In this document: in pieces, positions 63,157 through 64,000 of the stretch
Layout: each line of letters begins with the position of its first letter
How positions within the stretch are numbered: the first letter of the stretch is position 1
From: a virus
Strand: one strand, 5' to 3'
IMG/VR virus record: IMGVR_UViG_3300045988_148972
DNA: 64,000 bases
The notes under the pieces: model-generated
What the model was told of the DNA's origin: nothing
What the model saw: the letters and a program-made list of their open reading frames with translations, nothing else
Database searches by the model: none
Position numbers and translations under genes: made by a program

Positions 63157-63161
63157 AAGAT

Positions 63162-63623
63162 ATGAATGAGAAGCAAAACATCATAGCAGAAAAAATACTT
63201 TTAGTATTAAAAGAATCAAATGGACATATAAGGGAAAGTGACCTTCTTGATAAACTTGAGAGTGTAGATAATTCTTTCAATCAATTAGAAAGTACTTTTG
63301 TGATAAGCCGAATGATAGAAGACTATAAGCTTGTTTATCGCTCAAAATCATGGATATGCTTGTCTTCCAATGGTGAGGTAGCTATAAATTTAGGAATAAG
63401 TAAATATATCAGAAAGATACACTCTAACCAACGGTTAGACATTAAGATGAAAAGACTTGAAGTCATATCAAAAATCCTTTCAATAATAAAAGACAGTCAT
63501 ACCATACTGACTATTGCAGTAACAGCAGTATGTACTTCCTTAATATATACCCTATCACCAAACCTAAAGGAGCTCCTAAAATTATTCCTACAATGGTGCA
63601 AATCAATTTTCTTTTCTTCATAG
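63162..63623 (+). CDS. Hypothetical protein with a C-terminal hydrophobic segment (153 aa)
   Basis: ATG ORF, followed by a + strand terminator at 63691..63725. Confidence 0.55.
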   Translation: MNEKQNIIAEKILLVLKESNGHIRESDLLDKLESVDNSFNQLESTFVISRMIEDYKLVYRSKSWICLSSNGEVAINLGISKYIRKIHSNQRLDIKMKRLEVISKILSIIKDSHTILTIAVTAVCTSLIYTLSPNLKELLKLFLQWCKSIFFSS

Positions 63624-63690
63624 ATTTTTTATTTTTAGCAAAGATACTAAAAGGAAACGTATGTAGAAAGGACAATACATAAAGTATATA

Positions 63691-63725
63691 AAGGCAATCG
63701 GACGGAATCCGGTTGCCTTTTTTTG
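63691..63725 (+). terminator. Rho-independent terminator
   Basis: AAGGCAATCGG / CCGGTTGCCTT stem with one G-U, followed by TTTTTTT. Confidence 0.65.
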
Positions 63726-63910
63726 TATTCCCTCCAAAACTGAATAACAATCTGATAATTTGAATTTGAAACAAAAGATTTTTGCCCGAATCGCGAAGAA
63801 AACTCCGCGCCTCGCTACGTGGGACGTGTCCCTCTGGGACCCCGTCCGGCGGTGGTATATGCCCGGACCGTGGCCGCGTCCGGCGGCGCTTCGCGTTCCG
63901 GCGTGCCTGG

Positions 63911-64000
63911 TGTCCGCTGGTGTCCGCTGGTGTCCGCTGGTGGCTGCTGGTGGCTGCTGGTGGCTGCTGGTGGCTGCTGGTGGCTGCTGGTGGCTGCTGG
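63911..64000. repeat. 10-bp tandem repeat array (TGTCCGCTGG x3, then TGGCTGCTGG x6), cut by the window end
   Basis: Directly visible perfect tandem copies, embedded in a GC-rich tract that starts abruptly near 63790. Confidence 0.9.

Noticed and set aside
63511-63774. 87-aa - strand ORF (contains a TM-like segment MKKRKLICTIVGIILGAPLGLVIGYIL)
   Set aside because: It overlaps the 3' end of 63162..63623, and a + strand terminator (63691..63725) lies inside it. I cannot decide from sequence alone, so I kept the + strand gene. The short TM peptide remains a weak alternative.
63911-64000. Tandem repeats considered as a possible CRISPR array
   Set aside because: The units are 10 bp and directly abutting with no spacers, so they do not have CRISPR architecture. 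No cas genes are present.
1-64000. Searched for an integrase, recombinase, att-like direct repeats, transposases and toxin-antitoxin pairs
   Set aside because: No protein shows tyrosine or serine recombinase or DDE motifs by eye, and I saw no long direct repeats at the window extremes. A temperate lifestyle is suggested only indirectly, by the repressor-like gene, the antirepressor and the morons.

Overview
This window reads as a contiguous segment of a large tailed dsDNA phage or prophage with Bacteroidetes-style expression signals. There are no Shine-Dalgarno sequences, leaders are A/CA-rich, and TAnnTTTG -7 boxes are present. About 75 tightly packed genes sit on the + strand; only two convincing genes are on the - strand.

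Modules in order:
- Tail fibre and receptor-binding genes. The first gene is cut by the window start.
- A complete diversity-generating retroelement (DGR): target gene with VR, Avd, TR and RT.
- A lysis cassette: holin-like genes, an Amidase_3 endolysin and a spanin-like lipoprotein.
- A block of unknown, partly Cys-rich proteins.
- A secreted-protein moron on the - strand.
- A roughly 2270-aa tape measure protein with 3 x 360-nt internal repeats.
- Two baseplate-like genes.
- A - strand regulator with four HTH modules, at a divergent switch region.
- A replication/early module: LuxR-type HTH protein, primase-helicase and about 30 small ORFs.
- A 1-kb non-coding region containing palindromes and a nested hairpin.
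- The head module: S49 protease-scaffold fusion, major capsid protein and two tandem paralogous virion proteins.
- A DUF2829 (Tad2-like) fusion next to an orphan DNA methyltransferase.
- Terminase.
- An accessory tail: DnaQ-BRCT exonuclease, lipoprotein, KilA-N antirepressor and HU-like protein.

The last ~210 nt switch abruptly to GC-rich DNA ending in 10-bp tandem repeats. I found no tRNA, rRNA, CRISPR array, integrase or recognisable portal gene.

Most notable non-genic signals:
- A conserved TTTTTGTCCTTCA element, present 7 times at a fixed distance from a -7 box in front of structural operons.
- Two structured leader / small-RNA-like units near the right end.

All similarity statements are motif recognition by eye. 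No searches were run.
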